Below the pieces are notes generated by a model. The model was not told the origin of the DNA and did not search any database. It worked only from the letters and a program-made list of their open reading frames with translations. From assembly GCA_965202585.1 (NCBI GenBank), contig OZ241827.1, positions 13,330,001-13,394,000 on the forward strand: 64,000 nucleotides of DNA, given 5' to 3'. The DNA is from Thalia democratica (taxonomy: Eukaryota). Positions within the stretch are counted from its first letter, which is position 1, and each line of letters opens with the position of its first letter. The position numbers and the translations under genes are program-made. Of the stretch, positions 38,201 to 51,500 are shown in pieces.

Positions 38201-41200
38201 GCTTCTTGTGGTTCCACTGGTGCAAAAACTGAACTTGACCTGGAAGCTGGTTTATTTTGACAGTTCAGTTTAAAATATTAAAGGTAAGTATTATTAGAAG
38301 TAGTAGAAAATAAGAAAATTAGTAAAATCAATATTTGGTAAAAATTTGAATATTATACTCACTACTTTTTACAACTAGACTCTGTTTGAAAAAGTAAACA
38401 GTATATTGTGCTTAAAGTTAAGGTAAAATAAATGTATTTGCTCTGCATGTTTTAGCTTTTATTACAACTTATTTTAATTATGCGTTAGATTTAACAGATA
38501 AAAAAAAAGTTAATGTCTTACTTGAAGCAGTTTATAATTTTGCTTCTATAGGAAAAAGTTTTGCGTAAAACTAAAAGGACAACAAATTTAATCCTGTGAA
38601 AGAATTATAATTCTTAGAACATCTGGTGCCAAACAATTTACTTATTAAAAGTTCTGTGTGTTTTCTGTTTAAACAATTTAATTCAGCCTTGTCAAAACGT
38701 TTCTCGTAAAGCTAAACGTAATTGGTTTTAACTTTTCTATTTTTTAAATCAGCTTAAAAAGCGAAAAAGTATTCTTTTCTAACTGAGGTTTATAACAGTC
38801 TCTTTTCGTTCGTTTAATCACTGTCTTGTTTTACTTATGTTGGTCAAATAAAAAATATCTTAACCTCTGAAGAGGTTATGATTAATGGTTTTTTAATTAC
38901 TTGTACATTATATAAAGTTTTTTAGTCACAATTAAAATAGCAATTTGTTATACAAATTAAACTCTTTCACCTTTATTAAAGTTTTGAACAAGCAGTTATG
39001 AAAAGGCTTAAAAGTATAACTTTGTAACTACTGACAAAAAAGCAAAAACTACAAAAGCCTTTTTTTTGATTGTTGCAAACTAAAAATGAAGCAACCTAAG
39101 AATAAAACTCTGTTAGTTTTTTTAAGTTAAGACAATACTAGGTTGATTGTAGTTTTATCACTATCTAAAATATTTCCATCGTTTAGAAAATTGTGTAAAA
39201 TGTTTTTCGTAATTTATATTAACTATTTTGCTAACACAAAGCACTGATTAAAAGTTTAAGTAAAAAGTAAAGTTTACAAAACAAAATAACAATCCTGAAA
39301 ATTTGACTTACACGAAATTTTGCTATTTTTAGCAAAATCTAAACTAAATCAAAACCACCATGAAATAAGGTTTTAAAAGATAAATCATCTACTGGCTTTT
39401 GTTTAAAATAACTGATAATCTGTAAATAGTTGATTGCAATTTATAGTAATTAGCTTTATAAAAACTTCTTTGAAGATGGTAAACCCTTTGATAATTGCTT
39501 TTTAATGTCCCGTAACAAATTTTACAAGTTTTATGTAAACAAAACTATGTGGTGTATTTCAGATCAGAGTTTAAATAGCATTTTAGATATTTTCTTGTAA
39601 AAAACCGCAATACTGTTGTTATTTTAAAAAAAATATAACTAGAACACGTGTTTTTAATAATAATTTTTAAATTTTGAAAAGGTTATATAAAATGACCTTA
39701 AATAATAATATAAAAACTAAAATTGGAACATGATTTATCATACTAACTAAAAGCTTAAGTTTTAAACTAACAGTTATAGTGTACTAACTCATTACAATTA
39801 ATAAAACTGAAAAAAAAAATAAAATCGAGTACTTAGTCTTTATTTAATTTATTATTATTATATAAAATTTTTTTATCTTGTTACTTTTTAAATAATAAAT
39901 GTCAAAAAGAAGATTGTGGCATTGTAAAATAAAATATCATTTACAAAAAAAGAAAAAAAATCACTTTACTAAATTGAATAAGATAAAAAGTTGATAAAAA
40001 ATTTATCTTGTTCTAATTACAAAACAATTGAAATAAATTTCAAACAAACGTCAGAAATTTAATAAAACTTACATTATAAGATTTTAATGATAATGTTTAT
40101 TACAATATAATGAAATAATACTTAGTTTATTATTAGCTGAAAAAAAATTAAGTTCATTTGCTATCAATATTCATTTCAATCTAAAAAATAACCCTTTGAT
40201 TGAGTTTTTGTTAAAATGTTATGCACAAGTATAAGATGAGTAGAAATAGCTTAAAAACTATGATTAATTTAAAACTAAAACAGGTTTTGCTTTTTTTTCA
40301 ACAATATAAAACCTTTCGCTAATACAAAAATGTGTCAAATATGTTTTTTTTTTGTTAATACTCTGCTAACAATATCAAAATTGAATAAAGATTTAACAAT
40401 AAAGCTTTAATAAAGAATTGCTAACTGCACGTTTAATATAGTATAAAAAATTCGCAAATTATCGAAACTAAGCTGATATTTTGAAAGCTTATTTAAAAGT
40501 GTTATTCTTTTTATTTAAAGGAAGTATAAGTAAAAAAGTAAATCTATTTGCATTTGTTCATTACGTAAGATAATTTTTAGTCTTATATGTCAAAGAATAA
40601 TAAATGTTTTTTTTAACGATAGTAATTAAGTGAAACATTTTTATAGAACTCAAAGCGTGATAAAAAACCTGCAATTTCAGTCTTAAGTGTATTTTGTTAC
40701 ATTTAACACATGAAAACAGTACGTTGACGTAACATTTAAAATGTTTATAAAAGTAGAAAATAATATAATTCCTAAAGTTAAACTAGCGTATTTTAAACTC
40801 TTTTTTTAATTTTTGTGAATATTTTTTTACTAGTTATAAAACAAATTCAAAGTTTAAGATAATATCAAAACGAACAGACTAGAACTACAATTAAGTTTAG
40901 AATCCCAAAAGATTTAATTAGAATAAATTTTTCTTAATTACATCAAAAATAAGGCTATTTTACTTGTTTTAAACAGTAAACGTGCTAAATATGTAACAGA
41001 CATGTCACAATAGTTAAAGTTTGAGAAAATACCGTTTACCCATGTGAAAACAGGAACAGGTGGGCAGAAATGGAATTAACAAGTTTAATCCGAGTCAGTT
41101 TTAGCGCAAGCACCTGCTTCTAGATTAATTTTTCTGACGGAGAAATTAAGTACTTTTCAAGAATTTTTGACCCAAACTAAATTAACTACTTTTTTTTCAC

Positions 41201-44200
41201 TTAGTTTCAATTTTTTGCACAATTTCAAACTTTAAATAAGCCAAAAAGTGTATTTTACAACTTGGTATGTATAGTTTAGTGTTTCTAATAAGTTAATTAC
41301 GTAAAACTGTTTCTTTTTTTCTACTAAACTTACTGAAGCAACTTTCTGCTAAAGTTAAAAATTTGTCTTTTAATTCAGTAAAGTTTTTTGTTCAATGTTA
41401 AATCACCAATTAAATTAAACAAAAGTTTTACTAACTTTATAATAAAGGTAAATGAAATCCTTATATGTGTTTTATTATAGTCTATAGCGGTTTCAATAAA
41501 CTAGTTTACATTACAACTAAAGAAATTATAGAGTTTTTAGTTAAGCCCTCTATCAAATACATTAGAACAAGTCAAAGTATTACAAAGGGATTTGTAAACC
41601 GTCATGCCATCAAATAATTTTTTATCAAACTTATGAAGTAAATATTTTTAAAAGGAAAACCTATAGTTACAAAAACAGGAAATAAATAATCTATTTAAAA
41701 CAACTCGTACATGAAAAAAGCAAATCTAGTCTATTTACAAATAAACAAACATTTCAAAGAATCACACGCAAGCTTTTATGTTAATGGTCATGAGGCAAAC
41801 CATTTAAATGGTCATTTATAAATCTGTTAACAGATTTGATTGACTTGATAACTTATTATCGACTTCTTTCAAAACAATTAAAGAAAACAAAGCAAAATGT
41901 TTAGTGGGTTTATTAGACTTTTATTTTCATTCCTACTTTATATAAACAGTACTTAGTATAGGTATTATAGAATGTATAATTTATGAATGTATTGTAAATA
42001 AATTTGTAACAGTTTAAGTAGTTTTTCTCCCTTAACAGTACCCATATACACACTTAACAAATAAAAACAATACTAAAACAAAAATTAGTTTCTAACAAAA
42101 CTTATCAGATAAGATTACTTTTCGTTGTGATAGCCATTAACTGGTATACAGTTAAAAATAAACTTTTAAAGTTTCCAAATCTTCTGAAACTCTAAAACGG
42201 TTAATCTTATTAACGTGATTTTTAAGGGTAAAAATAACAATAAAACGTTATAACTAATTGTTCCATATTTCTTTTTTAGCAAACATTTTGTTTAAGCTGT
42301 TTCTTTTTTGCAGTAAGGCTTAGTTTTACTTTGATAATGTTAGAATTTAAAAAGAGTAAGAGTTTGTGAAGTCAACTATATCATTGATAGATATAGAATA
42401 TTAACAAAAAAGGAAAAATAAAAATAGAGGTTTCATCTAAATTATATTTTGCTCTGAATGCCTTAAAACTAGGCTTTTAAAGTAGAAATGCTAATTGTTG
42501 ATCGACTTTTTGTGACTTCAAATAAGTTAGTGAATGATTTTATAAAATCAATTTGTGAATAAAAGTTTTTAAAGTAACATCCTGCTAACAATACGTGCTT
42601 GTTCTACAGATTTCAAACATGATGTTGTATAAATAACACACAAATACGTGTTTACCATTGAGTTTGCGGTCTTAAACAAACGTCAAAGTTTAACGCAACT
42701 TACTTATTATTATAAACATTAGCTTTTTTATTAGGTGCTTATTAATTGACTTAAACATGCCTGTTAAGCTGATTTTCGTATAATGTACATTTTAATTCAA
42801 GAAGTAACGTCAAATATCTCTACTAAGAACTTAAATACTTTTTAAGATTAGGCATTGATAAAAGCTTGCGGTAAGAAATCAAATATTGTTTTTGACACAT
42901 CGGATAACACATATTTCTTGTTGTTCATTATTAAAGTCAATTAACTTAAGTTTATAAAAATTTAAATCAAGCTTTTCAAGAAATCAAATGAATTTGTTTT
43001 AAGAATGTTTGATAAAAGTATTTTAAAGTTTTGTTTATTTTGAATAAATAAAAAAAATAGTTTTAATGTTTTTAGGTAATTAAAATTTGATTTCATATAT
43101 AAGTTTTTATCAAAAATTTTAATCATTGTTTTCTTTTACAGCCAAAACCAGTACGCTGAATAAAATGTTTTATTTTTAACAATTTCGGTGTTGAGAAAAA
43201 CTACAAAAACTTTTAAACAATTTAAACACATTTTATGGTGAAGTTTCTGATTTATCTAAGGTTGAACTTACAAATTTAAAAGACTACATATAAAGTTTTT
43301 TTTTTTCCGCATCCTATATGACATCATCAAGTTTCGCAACTGTTAAACTTTTAAATTTTAGAATAGTCAATACAAGCTTTACAACATTTATAATATTGTA
43401 AAGTATAGTTGATTATTTTTAATAACAGTATTTGTAACGATTGCTTGTCACTAAGTTTTAAGGATGTTCACAAAAAAATAATTTCAAATAAATTCTGGAA
43501 GAAACTGAATTAAACTTGTTTTACATCTTTATTTAACTACACCTTTTATAGTTTCTAATTCAATAAGGTTGTAGTTATTGAAAAAAGCTTGCACAACTGA
43601 GTTTAAGTATGTAACAAGTTATTAAGCATAAAATATGCTTAAAAAATACTAAGACTTAAGTTTTTAAAATGTTTTTTTTTTTTCTATGTGTTGTACATTT
43701 TTTTACATAAATGAACTTACTAAGTTACGTTTCGTGGAAACCTAATTTTTTAATAAATTTGTTTACAATTATTCTATAATTAGCTTAACAAGTTGTTTTA
43801 GAAATATCAGATACAAATATAATGTTTTTTGTTCTGCATTTTCAAACAAAAAAATGAAAATAAAAGTCCGAAATAAAACATAGAAATTTTAGATCAATTC
43901 TAACCTGTTTATTATTATTTTCTGATTTTTTTAAACTATTATTTTCTTTTGTACTTCTCTAAAGCCAAGGAATAAATATTGATTCAATAATTACTTAAAG
44001 CACTTTGTAATAAATAGATTAATCACCATTATTTCCTTTTAAATTTTGATAAATTAAATTGTGGACAAATGAATGTTTTTATTCCACCATAGTTATTAAA
44101 CCCGGTTATGTGATATACTTGACTTGATTTATTTTCGAAAACTTGTGAAACTTTCATTAAAAAAAAACTATATATATTGTGCAAAATAAATCACCTGTTG

Positions 44201-47200
44201 TCATTACCTTCAAGTATAGTTCGATCAAGTTGTGGCCAAATAAAGTGTTTTTTATTACCATTGAGGTTATTGAGTACAGTTATATTATATACATAATTTC
44301 CTAAAACGTGAGAAGTTTTAAAACAAATATACTAACCATACCTGTTGTGATAAATAAATGCTTAACCTGGTACTAACATTCAGAATGATTCTGTTTAGAT
44401 TTTATTTCGATCACAACAAACCACTTACAGACTGATCTTGCTAACATTTATAACATTGCGGTTTTTTACAAAAAATTTTAGGTCAATAGGAAGTTTATAC
44501 AAGAAGTATAAGTTTTCTAGTGATATTACCGCAAAGTTTTTATATTACTGATAAAAAAAGTTATTATACTTATAGTTTTAACTACAAGTTTTGTTGTTTG
44601 AAAAGTTTTAATAACTAATGATTTTATTTAAACCACTTTAATAAAAGTTTTGTTTGTTGAAATTTCTACATAAAATATTTTAAAGTTATTTTATAATATT
44701 TTCAACGAAATAATAATTTTGTTTTATTATAAAAAAAGGAAATGGAAATATTTTCTTTAAATATTAAGAGTATATTTTAGTGTATCTTAATACATTTTAA
44801 ATTGATATTTTAAATTAACTTACTTCATTACTTACATTTGACTTAATTACTTATTTTGTTTGAGATAGTTGTATCTGTTTTTTTATAAATTGAAAAAAAA
44901 GATGGAAATTGAAACAAGTAAAAAAAAGTTTTGTATCTTAAAATGATAACAGAATAGACACTCTTATTGCATTTTAGATATAAATACACTTTTTGAATTC
45001 CCATTTTTTAACGGTAAAAAAAATTTCTTTTATAATAACTATTAAAAGTTTTTTTTAAGTCTGTCTTAAAACACTTAAAATTAAAATTTTACTTATCATA
45101 CTCAAATTAATTTGCTCAACACGGTTTTTTTTTTAACTTTAAAATTTCTTTACAACTAAACAAGCTTATATTAAATTTTAAGTCAGTTAATAAAATTACA
45201 AACTTTGATTAACAAAACTTAAGTGACTTTTGTTTGTTTTCTGTTTGTATAACTACAATGCTACAAAATAAAAGCCGAATTTTTTTTTTGATTTTTTGTT
45301 AATGTATACCTTGTTTTAAACTACGATTTAATCCAATTGGTACCATCTACTGAATGGTGAAAGATCTAAAAAACAATAAAAATTGTATTCAAAACAATGT
45401 TATACCAAAATAAAGTTTTAATTGTTTTTTTATGTTTTGGTACAATTTTTATACACGTGCTAATATTTTAAACTTGGTTCAAATGCTTTTATCTAATGTC
45501 AAATTAAAGGTTTGATGGTACTTGGTATCAACAAATTATGCACTAAAGCTTTCTTATCTTTTAAACTAACGACCCATATATATTGGATAATCTTATTTTA
45601 CGGTAAAACTAATTTTGTTTCTTCCTTTTCAAAGGTGATACCTTTAACTATTTTATGCTGTTATTTAAAAAAAAATAGACTCCTTGCTTTTTTTTTTGTA
45701 AGTTACTTTGCCGTGTTTTCTGATTTAGTTATAAAAATAGATTTAACTTTCAGTTTATTACTTTTTTTTTACCTTTAGGATAATTGAATTTATTCTCGAT
45801 GTAAACTTTTTTTTTATGTTAGAATAATCTTTTAAACAATAATTATAAAGAACTAAGTATTTAGTCACAACATTTAAAATTATTTAATTGTGATTTAAAA
45901 TCGTACAAGTTTTCAAGTATAAGATTAAAATATAAAACTGCTTAATAATTAGACGAAATTAAAAAGCCATTAATTTAACATTTTTGAAAGTTAGTGTAGT
46001 AAGATATAAACGACGCAATTGCAACCAATCGTTTTTAACAAAGTTTTCTTAAAAAAAACGATTTTCAATTTTCTTTATAAGATTATAGCAAATTTATTGT
46101 TTTTCTAGCTCCAAAAATCTACTCCAATTCTTCAACCTACGCGATGCCTTTGGTACGTCAAATTACTAAAATTTATTAAACCATTTTAAAAACTTTAAAC
46201 TTTATGGTAAACATAAATGTTAAAAATAGTGTTCATACGTTTTTTGAGAAAAATATCAGTTTATTATTTGGTTTAGTTGGTTATAATCACGAAAAAAAAG
46301 CTTTTGTCAATCACAGTTTAATTTATAATTGAGTGTTTTGGAGCTTTAATTAAATTGCGAAAAACATAATATTTAAAAACTATTATAATTATTTTATTTA
46401 AAATTTTATTTTTTGTTAAATTTGATATAATAAGATTTTTTTTTGAGCTAAGTTGTGGCACGCTAAAAAAGAAAAGTTTTTTTTTTCTCAAATAATTCGG
46501 CTAATTTATATTTTATTATATGTGATTTCCGGAAATAAATGCGTTTTATGAAATTATCTACTTAAATTAGTAATCTTATCTTGAAGGGATTTTAATGTGA
46601 CTTCTTCAAAAATTTTAATGTAAGTTTGAAGCTTATATTTTAAGTTTAATTTAGTATGCAAATTGCATGATCTACTTACTATTTAATCGGTTTAACGATT
46701 CACTATAACATTTACTAAAACTTTAACTATGATTAAAATACTTAATTAAAAGTTTATTTAATCTTTTACGTCCTAATTAAAATTCACATGGTTTTACTTA
46801 CTTTTATGTTTTTAAAATCAGATGTGTAGTTGTTATATTAACTTTGTACTTTCGAAGAAAAAAATATTATGTTTGTTTAGTTTAAAAAGATTACATTAGT
46901 TTTTAATAACTGCTTTCTATTGAACTATAATTTTTAAAGATCCGAAAGTTTGTTTTTTAAGAAGTAGAAAATAAAAACTTAATGTATTCCACATTCAGTA
47001 ACAGTTATTTTGAAAAGTCTTATACTCCAATGATTAGAAATACTGTTTGTCAAAACGGTTTTAAGTTAGCCATAGACAATTTTTGAAAATAAATATTCAT
47101 ACTTGTATTTAACAAACGATAGCAGTTTTAAACCAATGAACAAAATAATACTTGACATTTAAAAATAAACAAACAATTAAAGTTTTGACTAACTGTAGAA

Positions 47201-48395
47201 ATAGCAAGTAGTGGAAACTCATTACGACGTCATAAAAGTTTCTAAGCAACATCAGCTACCTGAGCGTTGTATAAAAAAAAATTAAAAGCACATTTTTTAA
47301 ATATTTTTTTAAATAGATGACAAAACGTCTATACATAGTCGTTGAAACATTAGAAACAAGTATGTTTGATTTATATTATTTTGTGCATATGACGTCAATA
47401 CGCGTCGTCACTAAAATTGTTAAAAACTTCTAGTTAAACTGCTTTTAAACTTCGTTATTACTTGTTTAACAAAAGCAATTAAAATAAAAAGCCTGCAACT
47501 CATTCAAAGCGTTTTAGACATGTAAAATAATTTAGTCTTAAGTCTTTAAAATAAAAAGATGATTAGTCATCATTTAAAGCCTTAAAAAGACAATAGTATA
47601 ACGTTGACAGAAAATATCGGTGTAAGTCATTAGAGCCATGCGTATCAGTGAAAAAGTCGATCTTTCAAACAAGATTTCATAATGTATATTGGTCCAACAG
47701 GTTGCTACTTCTCTGCAAACTGATACTCGGGTTTCTGCAAACTGAAACTAGTCGCACGTAATCGATGCAACCGTAGAAAGCTACAGTCGTCAATATGCAA
47801 TCATCATAAATATTCTAATGAGGTCGAAACCCGGGTTTCAGTCTGTTGATAGTCTACGGTCTGCTTATCCAAAAGATAAGACCAAAAGTTGACAATATTT
47901 AACCAGTACAAAATAATCAACATTAAAATTGAATTACGTATTATGTTTCAGCATTTAGTAAAACAAGCAGGAGATAGTTAGTACTTACAGCTTGTATAGT
48001 ATAACTTATAAAAAGTTGATTTAAGTTTTTTACGATGTCAAGCGAACTTTACTACTTTTAGTTGAATTTTCATATCAGCTTATGAAACCTAAAACATTTT
48101 AATTGTGTAAAGTAGACATAATAATTTACATTAAGCACAAGAAGGATGTTGAAAACTAATTTAATAAAATAAATTTCTTTATATATTATTTGTTCAAAAT
48201 TTTTTTAAAACGATACTCAATAAACAAACAGCAGTAATAACTATGAAGATTTATTGTACCACAATAAGTTTACAAAACTGTTTATGACTTTAACTGTTAG
48301 CATAAAGTTTTAAACAAAGTCTAAGTAATATCAATTTTATTAGGTTTATAATTACCTAATTTTAATTGAAAAATAGTTATTTAGAATCAAACTCT
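35270..48395 (+). repeat. Large non-coding segmental repeat, copy 2 (upstream region of the NR gene)
   Basis: Matches copy 1 positions ~1-14900, lacking ~3490-4190. Matches copy 3 from ~38800 onward at about 85-95% by eye. Confidence 0.93.
37012..37153 (-). promoter_or_regulatory. Putative TATA promoter and non-coding first exon of the NR gene
   Basis: Minus-strand TATAAA at 37153-37148. Putative start ~31 nt downstream at ~37122 (GACACTT). GC-enriched ~110-nt segment ending in CAT|GTAAGT at 37012/37011. Lies ~4.1 kb upstream of the ATG exon. All three elements are preserved in copy 1. Confidence 0.6.
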
Positions 48396-48519
48396 TCTTA
48401 CACGAGTAAAGGGTAAAACTGGTTAATTGGTTAGTTGGTTAAGGGGTTAATGCTATATGTGCGATAATCTATATACAAAAGCAGAGTCAATGATTTGACT
48501 AAAAAATATAACTATATAA

Positions 48520-51500
48520 CATTTTTTTTATTTGATTTTAAAAATAGTTCGACCGCTTATATATCAAACCAATGCTTAAACGACACCAAAACCACATTAA
48601 GATATTTCAAAATTGATAACATTGTCATCATAATTGTTACAAAACAAAACTTTAAACCAATATGATTAATTCGCTTAATCACTGTCTTGTTTTATTTACA
48701 TTGGTCAAGTGAAAACTATTTTAGTCTTCGAAAAGGTTATCTTTAATAATTTTTAAATACTCGTACATTATACAATGTGTTTTTGGTCACAATTAAAACA
48801 GTAATTTGTAGTACAAATTAAACTTTTTTACCTTTATTAAAATTTTGAATAAGCAGTTATAAATAGCTTTACAAAGTAAAACTTTTTAACTATTGACAAA
48901 AAAGCACCATCTTTAAAAGCGTTTTTAAATTGTGGCAAACTAAAAATAAAAGCACCTAACAATCAATAGCTAATATACTTTGCTATTTTTTTAGTTTGTG
49001 TTTTTATCACTATCCAAAATGTTGCTATCTTTTCAAAAGCTGTGTAAAGATTTTTTTCGTAATTTGTATTGATTATTTTACTAACACAAATACTGATCAA
49101 AAGTTTATGTAATAACTTAATAAGTAAAGTTTACAAAACAAAATAACATTCCTGAAAAATTTATAGACATAAAACTTTGCTATTTTTAGCAAAATCTAAG
49201 CTAAATTAAAACCACCATGAAATAAGGACTTTAAAGGTTAAACAATTACTGGCTTTTGTTTAAAATAACTACTAACCTGCAAATAGTTGAGTGTAAGTTA
49301 CAGTCATTAGCTTTATAAAAACGTCATTTGAAGATGGTAAACCCTTTCATAATTGCTTACTAATGTCCTGTGTTAAATTTTACAAGTTTTATGTAAACAA
49401 AATTAAGCGGTGTATTTCAGATCAAAGTTTAAATGGCATTTTAGATATTTTCTTGTAAATAACCGAAATACTGTTGTTATTTAAAAAAAAGTATAACTAG
49501 AACACGTGCTTTGAATAATAATTTTTAAATTTTGAAAAGGTTATATAAAATGACCTTGAATAATAATAGAAAAACTAAAATTGCAACATGAATTACCATA
49601 CTAACTATAAGCTTAAGTTTTAAACTAACAGTTATAGTGTACTAACACATTACAATTAATAAAACTAGAAAAATTAAATTAAGTCGAGTACTTGGTCTTT
49701 ATTTAATTTATTGGTATTATAGAAAATTTATCTCGATACTTTATAAATAACAAATGTCAAAAAGAAGATTGTGGCATTGTAAAATAAAATACATTTACAA
49801 AAAAAGTAAATAATTTACTTTATTAAATTAAATAAGATAAAAAGTTGATAAAACATTTATCTTGTTCTAATTACAAAACAAATTAAATAAATTTTAAACA
49901 AACGTCAGAAATTTAATAAAACTTACATTATAAGATTTAATGATAATGTTTATTACAATACAATGAAATAATATTTAGTTTCTTATTAGCTGAAAAAAAA
50001 TTAAGTTCATTTGCTATCAATATTCATTTCAATCTAAAGCACAACCCTTTGATTGAATTTTTGTTAAAATGGTATGCACAAATATAAGATGAGTAGAAAT
50101 AGCTTAAAAACTATGACTAATTTAAAACTAAAACAGGTTTTGCTTTTTTTTCAACAAAATAAAACCTTTCGCTAATACAAGTATGCGTCAATGTTTTATT
50201 TTTTATTGATTTATACACTGCTAACAACATAAAAATTGAATAAAGATTTAACAATAAAGCTTTAATAAAGAATTGCTAACTGCAGGTTTAATATAGTTTA
50301 AAAATTCGCAAATTATCGAAAACAAGATGATGTTTTGAAAGCTTATTTAAAAGTGTTATTATATTTACATAAAGGAAGTAGATGTAAAACAGTAAATCTA
50401 TCTGCATTTGTTCATTACGTAAGATAATTTTTAATCTTATATGTCAAAGAATAATAAATATTTTTTTAAGGATAGTAATTAAGTGAAACATTTTTATAGA
50501 AATCCAAGCGTGATAAAAAACCTGCAATTTCAATCTTAAGTGTATTTTGTTACATTTAACACTTGAAAACAGTACGTTGACGTAACAGTTAAAATGTTTA
50601 TAAAAGTAGAAAATAATATAATTTCAAAAGTTAAACTAGCGTATTTTAAACTCTTTTCTAACCTTTGTTAATATTTTTTTTACTAGTTATAAAACAAGTT
50701 CAAAGTTTAAGATAATATCAAAACGAACAGACTAGAACTACAATTAAAGTTTAGAATCCCAAAAGATATAATTAGAATAAATTTTCCTTAAGTACATCAA
50801 AAATAAGGCTATTTTACTTGTTTTAAACAGTAAACGTGCTAAATATGTAAAACAGACATGTCACAATAGTTAAAGTTTGAGAAAATACCGTTTACTCATG
50901 TGAAAATAGGCACAGGTGGCAGAAATGGAATTAACAAGTTTAATCCAAATCAAATGTCAATTTTAGCACAAGCACCTGCTTCAAGATTAATTTTTCTGAC
51001 GGAGAAATTAAGTACTTTTCAAGTATTTCAACCCAAATTAAATTAAATACATTTTTTTCATTTAGGTTCAATTTTTTTGCACAATTCTAAACTTTAAATA
51101 AGCCAAAAAAATTTTACAACTTGGTATATTTGATTTAGTGTTTTAAAAAAATAATTACGTAGACTGTTTCTTTTTTTCTACTAAACTTACTAAAGCAACT
51201 TTCTGCTAAATTTAAAAATTTGCCTTTTAATTCAGTTAAAGTTTTTTTTCAATGTTAAATCACCACTTAAATTAAACAAAAGTTTTACTAACTTCATAAT
51301 AAAGGTGTTTGAAATCCTTATATGTGTTTTATTGAAGTCTTTAGCGGTTTCAATAAGCTAGTTTACATTGAAATTAAAGAAATTAAAGAATTTTTAGTTT
51401 ACCCTTTATCAAATACTTTAAAACAAGTCAAAGTATTACAAAGGGATTTTTAAACCGTCATGCTATTAAATAAGTTTTTAAAGAAACTTATAAAGTAAAT

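Noticed and set aside
37873-38217. 114-aa minus-strand ORF in a conserved block of copy 2
   Set aside because: The homologous copy 1 sequence (~2560-2880) is frameshifted and stops early. It uses a GTG start and has no recognisable domain, so it is best read as conserved non-coding DNA.
48420-48450. GGTTA repeats as interstitial telomeric sequence
   Set aside because: The unit is an 8-mer TGGTTA(A/G)N with three or four degenerate copies, not a TTAGG or TTAGGG array.
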